Source of the DNA: the human T2T-CHM13v2.0 reference genome, Homo sapiens
NCBI RefSeq assembly: GCF_009914755.1
Contig: NC_060925.1
Length of the DNA stretch: 64,000 nt
Direction: 5' to 3' (one strand)
Shown here: piece by piece, positions 1 through 15,742 of the stretch
Layout: each line of letters opens with the position of its first letter
How positions within the stretch are numbered: position 1 is the stretch's first letter
Notes under the pieces: model-generated
Told to the model about the DNA's origin: nothing
Database searches by the model: none
What the model saw: only the letters and a program-made list of their open reading frames with translations
Position numbers and translations under genes: made by a program

Positions 1-2420
<2,420 letters not shown>

Positions 2421-2431
2421 ATTCTATAACT

Positions 2432-2746
<315 letters not shown>

Positions 2747-2942
2747 TTATGATAAGATAACATGTGCATGATGGAACAGAGTGAACATTTTTGCAAGACT
2801 AGTCAAAGCAAAATTCAAGACTTCAAAAAAAAAAATGTGTACTTGGGAGGAGCAGTTTGCTTTGTTTATATCCTCAGACCCTGGGCTATGCACTCACTTT
2901 ACTCTGCTATTAGTAATGATAATAAAAAGAGCTAATACTTGA

Positions 2943-3300
2943 TGTATCTGCTAGGATAGGCTAGCTTATACAGTGGTAAACAAACAAAACTCAATGGCAA
3001 CACAATGCTTATTTCTTGCTTATGCTAAGTTATCCTCTATGGGCTGGCAGAGAGCTCTTGTTTATCAGCTACACAGAAATCCAGGCTAATAGAGCAACCA
3101 ACATCTTCAGCATCAATAGTTGCCATGCCAGAGGGAAAGAGAAGCACAAGAGGCTCAAAGCAACAAATAAATGCTTCAGAGACAAAGTAATCCATCCTTT
3201 CTGCTCAAACTCATTGGTCTTTCCCAATCACTTGAAGGCCAGGAAATAAAATCCTACCATGTGCTCAGAAGGCAAAACGCCAGAAATATTTAGTGAAGAG
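2943..3300. mobile_element. Old MaLR LTR fragment (MLT1-like)
   Basis: The start tgtatctgctaggataggctagcttatacagtggtaaac resembles MLT1 ends; highly diverged. Confidence 0.45.
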
Positions 3301-3309
3301 CGCTAATTG

Positions 3310-3555
3310 TCTATCATTCACTATCTACCAAGGGCTGTTCTAATTATATTACAGGCATTATCTCAGCTAAGCCTCATAATAATCTTGTGAAATAGGTACT
3401 ATTAATGTTATCATCATTCCCATTCTATAGATGAAATAACTGAGGCACCAAGAGGCTAAGTAACCTGCTCAAAGTCACACAGATAATAGGTGGTAAAAGC
3501 TGAAGATTTAAACTTAAGCATTCTTGCCCCAGAGTCTGTGTGCTTAACCACAAAG
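3310..3555 (-). mobile_element. MIR SINE
   Basis: MIR core: cccattctatagatgaaataactgaggcacc...aagtaacctgctcaaagtcacacag. Confidence 0.75.
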
Positions 3556-3810
3556 CCATGAGATCTCTCACTAGGTGGGAACAATTTGAGAAACACTGCC
3601 ATAGGCAATGGAGAGCCACTAAAGGATTTTTTAAGCAGGAAGTGTGAGTCCATCAGAATTGGCATTTAAAAGCTCCCTCTAGAGAGCACGGTGAAGGATT
3701 AATTTAACCAGATTTAGACTAAGGCAGGAAGGCTATTTGCAGAGTGAGGAGATGAAGATGGGGAGGGCTTGAACTAAGGTACAATCACCACTCACCGCAA
3801 TTAACTGGGT

Positions 3811-3980
3811 TTTGTTGTTGTTGTTGTTGTTTGAGACAGGGTAACGGGGTACATTGGGGGTTGGAGGGGTGGTTCTTACTGTGTTGCCCAGGCTGGATTC
3901 CAACTCCTGGGCTCAAGTGATGCTCTGGCTCCGGCATCCTGAGTAGCTAGGACTACAGGTATGTGCCACCACACCCAGTA
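3811..3980 (-). mobile_element. FLAM/Alu monomer with (GTT)n tail
   Basis: gttgcccaggctgg...ctcctgggctcaagtgat...gtagctaggactacagg. Confidence 0.8.
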
Positions 3981-4899
3981 ACTAGTTAATCTTGACTGTC
4001 TATTTCAACTGAAAAATGGTTATGGTAATACCTACTTGGATGGGTTTTCTGAGGAAAAACACCCCAATGAACTTGTGTGTTTTTAAAAGTCAAGTCCCCT
4101 AGGCATGGCTAGAAGGGAAGAGGCTTAGCCAGAAAATTTAATTGTTGTGATTAATAAAGTAATAGAAATGTTTAGTTTTCCTCTGATGAGATGAAAGCTT
4201 TGAGGGGATCCTGGTCTTGGGAGAAAGTAAAGAAATGGAGGAGAGGGTTTCACCAGAGTTTAGATAACTCTTAGCATCTGCTTACTATCTTCCCTGATTA
4301 ATTATTTCCATGGCAGCCAGAGTGACCTTTTAAAACCACAAATCGGATCATGCTGTTTCCCTCTCCCCTAGTACAGTGCCTGATACTTAGAAATTTCTCA
4401 GTAACATCGTGCTCAGTGAATGAATGAATGAATGAGTGAATGAAAACACAAGCCAGATGGCAGGTGGATCCCTAAGGAAAAGGACAGCCAATGAGAAATT
4501 ATGTGTAGCAACGGTGGCTTTGGATGATGATGTTTAATAATCATTTTTAAGGAGTTGCCTGTTGTGTGCTATGCTTTAATCACTGTCCCCCACCCTTCCC
4601 AAATAACGTTCAGTAAAAGTCTGCCACAAAAAACTCGCTGTTTTGTGAGAATTTAAGAAATGGAAGAAGAAACAAACTGTCTGGGCACCAGGCCAAACAA
4701 TATCCAAAAAGGCAGGAGTCACAGAGGAGAGCTAATGAGTATTAGTGGGAGCAGGTATTCCAAGTGAGAGGTGACCAGAGTCCTCTGAAAATGTGGGGAG
4801 GGGGTGACGTTCCTATATCCTGGGTTAGGGGCTTGGACTCTTCTATTTGGCTGTTGGAAAAAACAAGCTGGAGGACTTTGGGGTATCAACAACCCTCAG

Positions 4900-5010
4900 G
4901 TTACATAAGGATGATCATAGGGTCGTTGTGAGGATTATGTTGGGATAGTTCATGCAAAGCGCTTAACACAGTGCCTAGCGCATAGTAAGAGCTCAGTAAA
5001 TGTTAGTTGT
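4900..5010 (+). mobile_element. MIR fragment
   Basis: catagggtcgttgtgaggatta...aaagcgcttaacacagtgcctagcgcatagtaag. Confidence 0.7.
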
Positions 5011-5079
5011 TGTCTTCCTTCACTTTCTTCCATTCCCTCCACTCCCTTTCTACCAGGCTCCATTCATTCTCTTCCAAGG

Positions 5080-5900
5080 ACACGCAGGGGGCGTGCCCAC
5101 CCCTTCCCTCCGCCCCCACCCAAGGCCCGCCCCCCGCTTCTCCACGGATTGGTTCCCGAGAGGCGGAGCTGAAGGAAGAGCCCAGTGCGGCGCGGTGGGG
5201 GCGGGGCGCATGCGCGAGCTGGGCAGGGTGGAGGTGGGGAGGAAGAGCTGCCGGAAGTAGGCGGTGGAGGTGGTAGCGGAGCTGACGGCAGCTGCCAGGG
5301 AAACCGAGGCGCGGGACGCAAGGCCAGCAGACAGGCCGGCCAGAGGGTCATCTGCGTCCGGCACCCAGGAGGCTCGTGGTCCGCCTTTGCCTGGGCTGAG
5401 GGTCTCTGGCCCCGCAGCCTCTCTTGGAGGCGGGCCTGTCCCTAAGCCCGCCAAGGGGCGCCGCGCCGAGGGGCTGCGGAGTGGGGGACGGACGCCCCCG
5501 ACCCGGGAAGGGGCGTCCGGCGGGGCCGGAGGAGAGGGCTCTCCCCGCTCAGGAGGTGCCCCTGGGCGGGGGACCGGGAGTCCTCAACCCCGGACTGAGG
5601 CAGGGGTCTCTGGGGGCGAGGAGGGCGCGTCGCCCTCTGCCCCCGCCGGCACCCTGGCCATGACAGGCAAGTCGGTGAAGGACGTGGATCGGTACCAGGC
5701 TGTCCTGGCCAACCTGCTGCTGGAGGAGGATAACAAGTTTTGTGCAGATTGCCAGTCTAAAGGTAGCGCATCCCACCTGGCGGGCCAGGGGTCCAGCCGC
5801 GCCGGGGTGGTGGGGGTGGGCTGCGTGAAGAGGCGGTTTCTGAAGCTTAGGCCGCCCAACTCGGCTTATAAGTGGTAACGCGTGCTGCGCTTGCAGTGAG
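5080..5900 (+). promoter_or_regulatory. SMAP2: CpG island, TATA-less SMAP2 promoter and first exon
   Basis: High GC and CpG content. GC boxes (~5110, 5127, 5198), reverse CCAAT (ATTGG, 5148-5152), NRF1 palindrome GCGCATGCGC (5206-5215) and ETS/GABP site CCGGAAGT (5251-5258). Confidence 0.9.
5660..5762 (+). CDS. SMAP2: SMAP2 exon 1 coding part ([35 protein letters not shown])
   Basis: gccATGa start, first CxxC of the ArfGAP zinc finger, donor AAG|gtagcg, phase 1. Confidence 0.96.
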
Positions 5901-6115
5901 CCTACTGGGCTTTCTGCAGCTGGGGGATTGGTATGGGTAGAGCTTGCGAGGGCGAGTCTGTGTGTGTCGGGGAGGGTGGAGGTGATGGTGCGGGTGGAAG
6001 TTGCCTGGCGTGTTCAGGTGAGAATGTCTGTATTTGAGGGCTCTGAATGAGTTCTGGGCCGGCTGTCCAGAGAGAGCTCCCAGCATGTCACTTGCAAAGC
6101 TGGGGATGAACTGCA

Positions 6116-6135
6116 TTGCGTGCGTGCGTGCGTGC

Positions 6136-6185
<50 letters not shown>

Positions 6186-6205
6186 ATGACGAGGAGGAGG
6201 AGGAG
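6116..6205 (+). repeat. Compound microsatellite (GCGT)n(GT)n(GA)n followed by (GAG)n
   Basis: Directly visible. Confidence 0.95.
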
Positions 6206-7418
6206 GGAAGTGAGATGGCGGAAAGGAAAACTGCTTAAATGATTTTTAAAGGTGGTGATTTTTGCTTCCTGCTATTTGGTTAGCAACTCCTGTCATTTTG
6301 CAGCCTTGCTAAGATCTGACAAGAGTGCTTAGGTGACTTTATTCTTCTGGATGTGTGCAGTGGGAAACTGCCTTATGCAGTGACACAGTGCGGATTTCTA
6401 GGCAGTGTAGCCCTGGCTTGTAGAGTGCGTTGGAGGCCTATGTATGAGTGGTGGCAGAAACTAGCCGATTATGCCTGTAGTGCAGGATCCGTTTAATCAG
6501 TGGAGAGAGAAAGATGAATTCGATGAATTCATTGCTTCCATGGCGATTACACTTCTAAAGGTGAAATATGATCATTGTAAATTGGCAGAACCATTTAGTC
6601 TTTGTTTTCTGTGCCCTAGAAGATTCATGATTTGATACAATTAAAAGTCAGTACAATAGGAAATCTTGGTTATTAGTGAAATGTTGGCACTTGACATTTA
6701 TACAAGCTTCTATGAATCTTTTTTTCCTGTATTTTCTAATTCTTTTGGCATATAATTGGAGGATTGGGAAAATTATTTTCCCTTTGGTTGGGTCGAAATG
6801 GATAGTTATATTTTGGGGGCGACAATTTACTTTTGTTCATAATGCAGTGGATTTGCCATGGTTGTTTGCCGTACAGCGTAGTGGGCATATACTATAAAAC
6901 AAAGATTCAGTTATATTCGTATTTATCTATTTTGAGAAAGGAAGGACATATTTAATTGATGCTTTCACTTAATTACCTTTTATTTTTGAAGAATAAGGTT
7001 ATAAAAGGAGAACAGGGGAGGGATACATAGACACCTAGTAATGTATTTTAGTGACCTCTACCAACAGATAAATGGAATGTGCCATTAGGAAAACAAATTC
7101 CTAGACTTCTTTCCTGAATTTTTGCATTAGCAATAATTCATTTTAAAAAGTATTTTAGAATCAATTTATGTTGAGTAGGTTAGCTTCTTGATTCTTGTTA
7201 CATCTTCTGTTAGGTCTATTGGAAGATTTGGTTTATTTTAGGAGTGTATCTTGGCTTTATTCAAATTCCCTTATGTCCTCATTTGACAGATCTTGAGTCA
7301 CAGTGAAGCAACCCACTGGAGTGAGCATTGCTGCATTTGGAGAGTCAGATGCCATTTTGGTGACTAGAACCCCCCCCCATTTCTCATATTACCCTTATAC
7401 TTACTCATATTCCAATAA

Positions 7419-7813
<395 letters not shown>

Positions 7814-8516
7814 TAATAAGCTTACTGGGGATCAGGTTATGAAATATCAGTTAATTCTTAATGAGAACTAGTAACTGCTGGCTTGTAAACTTTATTAACT
7901 ACTGTTGATGGTAGAATCCTGGATCCTCAATTTCTTTTCAGAAGTTCGTTTTACATTTTACCAGGTGGCTTCAGGGACTTGGTCATTGTATTAAAAATGA
8001 GATGACAATGGGTCAGTCATCTTTAGATTATGACAAATAGGCATTTGTTGAGGCCTCTGTTTATCCAATTTATGAATTACCTATCCCATTCCACCCCTCC
8101 AAGCCCTCTCACTCTTTTTCCCCTGCTGTTTTCTAATTTTGGTTGTCATAATGATCATTTGGACAACTATCAGATTGTTGAAGGAAAAGACGTTTGGATC
8201 AATAAATTGTTACCTGTTAGCGCTGATAAAAAATACATTTCATTGGAGGAGGAATTTAAAAAGTGTTGGCTAAAATGAGAATTGGGTTTCAGTTTATTTA
8301 CCTGTATTCCTGTGTCCTTTCCTAAAAAATTGGAAGTTAACTGTACAGGATATGGTGAGTGATTGCTCATCTATTAATATCCAGTTAGATGATGTGGCAT
8401 AGACTATCGACCTATGAGCAGGTATTTTTGCAATGTTCCAAAATATAACTCTTTGGCAATGACTTTTATTTTTAAATTCTTATACTTATTTAGGAACATT
8501 TATTAGTTGACTTTCA

Positions 8517-8860
<344 letters not shown>

Positions 8861-9378
8861 ATCAGAATAGAGAACAAGCTTGTGTTCTTTTTACTTCGTA
8901 CAAGTTTTGTTGATCCTGGGGTTTTTAACTGTCCTGGGCACGAGTCTTACCAGTTTCTGGGACCACTAAACCATTCCAGTAATTTCAGTGTGGGAAAGGA
9001 AACTGCTTTGGGGCTGCCTATTTAAGAAATGCTATGATTCTCTCTAGGCTCAAGATGTGATTTCTTCATTACCCAAAGCCCTGGGGTTAATGTGACTTTT
9101 AGGGTGAACTTTTGGACTAACTTAGGTAGTGATAGAACAGAGGACAAAACTACTGAAAATTCCAGATATGTCAATGGTAACTCTGGCTGATTGAGGCTGG
9201 GTTCCATTTTTGGGTATGGGTCATACTTCCTTTGTACTTGGGGTCATACTGGTCCAAGTTTTAACTTCTAGCTCAGCAGTTCCAGATTTTATCAGTGTGT
9301 CAGGAATAATTGCTAAGCCACCCCGTCAGAGACTGTGTTTTAAACTGGACACTATCTTATTTACCATGAAAGGATCTA

Positions 9379-9905
9379 CAGTTGTCCTTTGGTATCCAGG
9401 GGGGATTGGTTCCAGGAACCTTCTGGGGTACTAAAATCCACAGATGCTCAAGTCCCTGATATAAATGTTGTAGTGCTTGCATATAACTTATACACATCCT
9501 CCCTTATACTTTAAATCATCTCTAGATTACTTATAATATCTAATACAATGTTAATGCTATGCCAGTAGTTGTTACTCTGTATAATTTAGGGAATAATGAG
9601 AAGGAAAAAAGTCTGCACATGTTCTGTACAGATGCAACCATTCATTTTTTACTGAATATTTTCTTTCCTTTTTATTTTTTTTAGAGACGGGGTCTTGCTC
9701 TGCCACCCAGGCTGGAGTGCAGTGGTGCGATTATAGCTCACTGTAGCCTCAGACTCCTGGGCTCAAGCTGTCCTCCCACTTAGCCTCCCAAAGTGCTGGG
9801 ACTACAGGCGTGTGCCACGGGGCCCAGCCATTTTTTCGAATATTTTCAATCTGCAGTTGTTTGAATCCACAGATGCAGAACCCATTTCTAATGGAGGGCT
9901 GACTG
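9379..9905 (+). mobile_element. MER2 (TcMar-Tigger MITE) interrupted by a FLAM
   Basis: TA-flanked cagttgtcc...gggctgactg TIRs; internal gatgctcaagtccctgatataaa and tttaaatcatctctagattacttataat. Confidence 0.85.
9668..9829 (-). mobile_element. FLAM/Alu fragment nested in MER2
   Basis: gagacggggtcttgctctg...cccaaagtgctgggactacaggcg. Confidence 0.8.
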
Positions 9906-10004
9906 TACCTTTCTGATGACCTAAATATTTGTGTCCACTATTGGGACACTCCTTTCTTAGTGTCAAGGTTTGTGAGAAATTGAGGGCTGTTTGATGGGCA
10001 AAGA

Positions 10005-10151
10005 TTTATTTATTTATTTACTGGCTTATCTACAATTGAGACAGGGTCTCACTATGTTTCTCAGGCTAGTTCTAACTCCTGGGCTGAAGCAGTCCTCCCA
10101 TCTCAGCCTCCCAGAGTGCTGGGATTACAGGTGTGACACACCATACCCGGC
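10005..10151 (-). mobile_element. FLAM_C-like monomer
   Basis: gagacagggtctcactatgtt...gctgggattacaggtgtg. Confidence 0.8.
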
Positions 10152-10503
10152 AGAGCAAAGAGTTAAGAGTACAAGACATTTGATCATCTTGAGGAGTATT
10201 TACTTCAGACTGAAACACCACATGAAATTCTAGAGTCCAACAGAAAGTGTAATAATTTTTTGCTTTTCCCTTCTTCTGCTACATCCTATCTCTGAAATGT
10301 TTCACCCCACCCAACCACTGCCTCTGTTCCAACTCCTATATTTTTAAATCTACATTTAAATGTACTTTTTGAAAAAGGTAGCACTTTCATGTAGTTCAAA
10401 ATCCAAAAGGTCCAAAGGGGAATATGTACGGTATAAAATCATTCTGCTGTCCCTCATCTCTGAGCCACCATTTTCACTCCGTGGAAGTAACAATTGTTGG
10501 CAA

Positions 10504-10811
<308 letters not shown>

Positions 10812-11094
10812 CATTGTCGGCAATTTCTTACGTGACTTTTAAGAGATAATGTATGCATAGACAAACAATTACATTTAAATATATTCCTTTGCAGTGCTTT
10901 TATGCAAATGGTAGCATATTACCCACAGCTCTTGACATCTGTATTTTTCAATCAACAGAACATGGAGAGCATACACTTTCCATGCACATTGAGGAGTGCT
11001 TTGTTCTTTGAAGGTATTTTCTAAGGCTGTGACCAAGTTATCTTGACTAAGTAGAAAGCTATTCTTAAATGATTTGGAAGACACTGTTGTCTCT

Positions 11095-11395
<301 letters not shown>

Positions 11396-12007
11396 TAGAA
11401 AGTGTCCTAGGCCCATAGACACATATAAGCCTACTGTTAAGATGGCAGAGAGGCAGAGTAATGGAAGAGTCTGTAGACTTGGTATTGGAACAGCCAGTTA
11501 AATTCCTTTACTTTGCTTATTGCAGCTTGGTGACCTGATTCCACATACCACCTAACTTTCTCAGTTTAGTTTTCCTAGTTTGAAAAATGAAAGTGCCTTG
11601 TAAACTAATGTGTTACACAAATGTCTGCATTATTTACTTTTACCATTGCTAATCATAAATTTTTTAATCTTGATTTTATTAGTTTTACTTTTGACTTTAT
11701 TCCCTTTTAAGATAGTCTGGTTACTGGGAGCCACAGTTAGAATGACTCACCCAGTAATTCCCTAGTCTTTAAGCCAAAACCATTTCCTATATATGGAGTT
11801 CTGGCATTTTTGCAAATGTGCTTTATGGTACCCTTGAGGATGGTCTCCGGATGTTTCCTGATTTCAAACTTGTATGAAAGATTAGACCAGGGAATTTCTT
11901 TGTGTAGAAATTTTCTCATAGTTGTCTTAAGTTTTAACTCATGTACATTAATCTTTAGCTTTGCTTTACATTTGTTTTCTGTTGATAGCCAAGTCATTGC
12001 TTGTTAA

Positions 12008-12368
<361 letters not shown>

Positions 12369-14289
12369 TGTGGTACCTTTTAAAAAGTAAAAAATTCAAT
12401 GGCGTGAAACAACAGAAGGAGTTCTGCTTCCATTTCTAGTTGTTAAACGCCTTTCTCTAGCCAAGATCACATATATTTCTGGTTTTTTATAGCTAGTGCA
12501 CTATAACTCTGACAGTCATGGTTAGATTGATAGTTTTACTGAAAGTAATTTATCAAAATCCCCATTAGATTGTCTTTTAATGTCAACATATTAAACCTGT
12601 TCCCTGAGAGATACTTTCCTATTTGTTCTCCTTGCCCTTTAAATATCATTTGGTGCCAGTGAGATGAAGAATAGAAAATGTATATCTTTTAGGGGAACTT
12701 CGCAAGCCTGAGATCCCCCACTACATATAGTCATTCAGAAAATGTTTCTTAAGCACTTACTACCTACTTTTTCTCAGACATTGTACCGGGACATATAGAT
12801 TAAAAGAAAGAGTCTTTAGTCTCAAGGATTTTACAGTCTAATGGGGAAGCAGATGTGTACAAATATAAATGATGCAATACAGAAATTATTGTGGCATGGT
12901 ATACAGGGAGAAATGAAAGCATTGAAGAAGGCAAAGAAGTCTTCCTCGGGAAGTCATGGCTTCAAAGAGAAAAGTAGGCTGTGTCTTAAAGGATAAGTAT
13001 GACTTTGCCAAGCTAATTTAGGGAACTTTGTATTCTAGGAAGAGGGAACAGAATGTGCAAAGCCTCGAAGGTGCACTGTTTTGTGTGTGTGTGTGTGCGT
13101 GTGGGGATTCTTTAGTATATTTTGACTGCATGTTGAGGAGTGATGAGGAGTAGAGTTTGACAGGTAGTCAGGATACTGTAAGGTTAAAACCTGAGCTCTG
13201 TGGTTGACTTGCTTCGTGGCATTGAGATTTTGAATATGCACTGTGCTTTAGACTTCCTGTTGTGTAAGAAGCCCATAGTATTGTAGGTCCACCTGCTATT
13301 CACATGGGGTTATAAATATTGCAGGCATGAAACGCTTCCTGATCGCTGAATAGTAAGACAGGTCTGAGCATGGTGCCGATTAAATTCTCCATTGAAATGT
13401 ACCTTTGTGGGTACATTAAATTATTTTAGCATAAGTCTAGTGAAGTGCCAGCAGTAGATACTATGTTATTTCTGGAGCTCTTGATGTTGATTTTTGAGGC
13501 TGAACATGCTCTTAGCCTCAAGCAGGTCATATTTGGAATACCTGATGTGTGCTCCTGGTTGCTCAGTGCTTAGGATGCATAAACAGGTAGCTGCAGTCTC
13601 ATCTCTCAGTATATATACTTTTCAGCAAATCTTTTTTTTCTAGATAAATTGGAAAACTACCTTTTTTCTGCATTTTTCATCTGATGTCATTATGGTATGT
13701 AGGTGGCAGCTTTCTTGGGCACAGTTGTCTATATAACTGTTCATCACATGAGTCATTGTCTGTTTCTGTTCTTCTGCCTGAAAATTCCATCTTGGAAATC
13801 GTGTCATGCAATCGGTGACTGCGACATTCTACTTGTTATGTACACTGCCACTGGCTTTGTATGTTATGTTGATGGACTCTACCTGTGCTACAGTGAAGGG
13901 ATAAAGTGACTTATTAAATTGAGTCAGACTCAGTTCCTCCAAATGGTATTTCCTGTAAAAATGATGCCAAGCAAGATTCTGCATAAAACATGCATATGCT
14001 TTACACTGTAAGCATACAGTGCCTACCTTTTGTTATTGTGTCTGCTTAAATCCTTACCACAGTTGTACTCCTGTTTGATCAAGTGGCCAGTTTAACTAGA
14101 TACTAGCTTTGAAGAAGTTCTGTATTGGCCCCTGGAATGTGACAGTTCATACCACATTGAAAAGGTAAGAACCAAGTCTTTGTAGAGTAGAACACCTTAA
14201 AGTTAATCCACTTTTACCAAATTCCTCTATTGTTAAAGCAACAGTCCTATATTGGCTAATTTTTAAAATCATAATGTGCCACACTTTAC

Positions 14290-14420
14290 ACATCCCTAGA
14301 ATGTAAGCTAGGGGGCAGGGGCCTATGCCTGTTTTGTTCACTGTAGTGTTCCCAGCACCTAGAACAGTGCTTGGCACAGACCAGGCTCTCAGTAAATATT
14401 TGTTTGAATGCATGAATTGA
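14290..14420 (+). mobile_element. L2 3' end
   Basis: ctagaatgtaagct...ttgttcactgtagtgttcccagcacctagaacagtgcttggcacag...ctcagtaaatatttgtttgaatg. Confidence 0.75.
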
Positions 14421-14552
14421 TTTTATCATCTGTAAATGTTTTGTTTCATATTAGAAGAGACCTTTTCTAGGTTATCTGAATAATTGTTTTAATTCTTAGG
14501 AAAGCTATTAATTTTCTGAAAAATAAGTTTTAAAATATGTTTGGAAGGCCCT

Positions 14553-14995
14553 ATGTCAGTCAAGGACCAGTCAGAGGAACAGAAGCCACTGTTGGTCTTA
14601 TAAGCAGAGGGAATTTAAAATAGGGAGTAGGTTACAAGGCTGCTAGAAGAGCCAAGAAGCTGAACAGGGGCTGGTGAGGCACCCATTCGATTAGCAATGC
14701 CTGGGAACTACTATGCCTGCAAGGAAAATAGTGCACTGGTGTCACCAAGGGCTGGAAGTCCGAGTGGTCTGGTGTGAGCGGAAGCATGGAAAGAGGAGCA
14801 GTCTGGTGGCAGCTGGAAGTAGGCCGAGTGAGAGAGCGTATTACCCTGGCTGCTCCCTGCTCCTGCCTCTTATCCTCCTCAGTGCCTCCCATTGATGGAA
14901 CTTATCCTGAAATCAGTTGGCAAAGGGAGCCTGGGAGATGTAGTTCCCTGTGATCAAGCGGAGCAAGGGAGGGATCCCAGCGCAAACAGGCAAAG
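14553..14995. mobile_element. Old LTR (LTR33/MLT-like, ERVL class)
   Basis: Start tgtcagtcaaggaccagtcag; internal ggcaaagggagcctgggagatgtagttccc motif. Confidence 0.45.
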
Positions 14996-15365
14996 ACACA
15001 AAGGCACTGAATTCTCCAAGATGTAATTTCTTTCCCCTTATAGTATTTGAATTATTTTGGACAAGAGAACGGAAGGGTTTTCCGGCAGATATAACATTGC
15101 GTGCTTCTAAAGGATCTTGACTGTTGCTGAAACAATTATTAGTCCCAGGAAGTAATGTAACAACTCAGTCATAGTTTATATACTTAGGGGGTATGACTAG
15201 GCAAATTGGCTCCTGTATTGAATATGTATTTGACTGTTGGCTGCTGCCAGGAGCAACTTATCGTTTGGTTACTCAGAAAATAAGTTCCCACCCTGTCAAT
15301 TCTGGGAAGTCTTAGGTATGGTGTATCCACATTGAGTATATCTACAACTGGACAGCTTGAGTTAG

Positions 15366-15742
<377 letters not shown>

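Noticed and set aside
5000-6116. Multiple antisense and alternate-frame ORFs
   Set aside because: Expected from stop-codon scarcity in a CpG island.
6471-6566. ATG-initiated 30-codon frame ending at AAG|gtgaaa
   Set aside because: Phase 0, so out of frame with exon 2; the donor is moderate.
8871-8888. AGAACA-N6-TGTTCT palindrome
   Set aside because: The spacer is 6 nt, not the 3 nt needed for a GRE; it lies at an Alu TSD edge.
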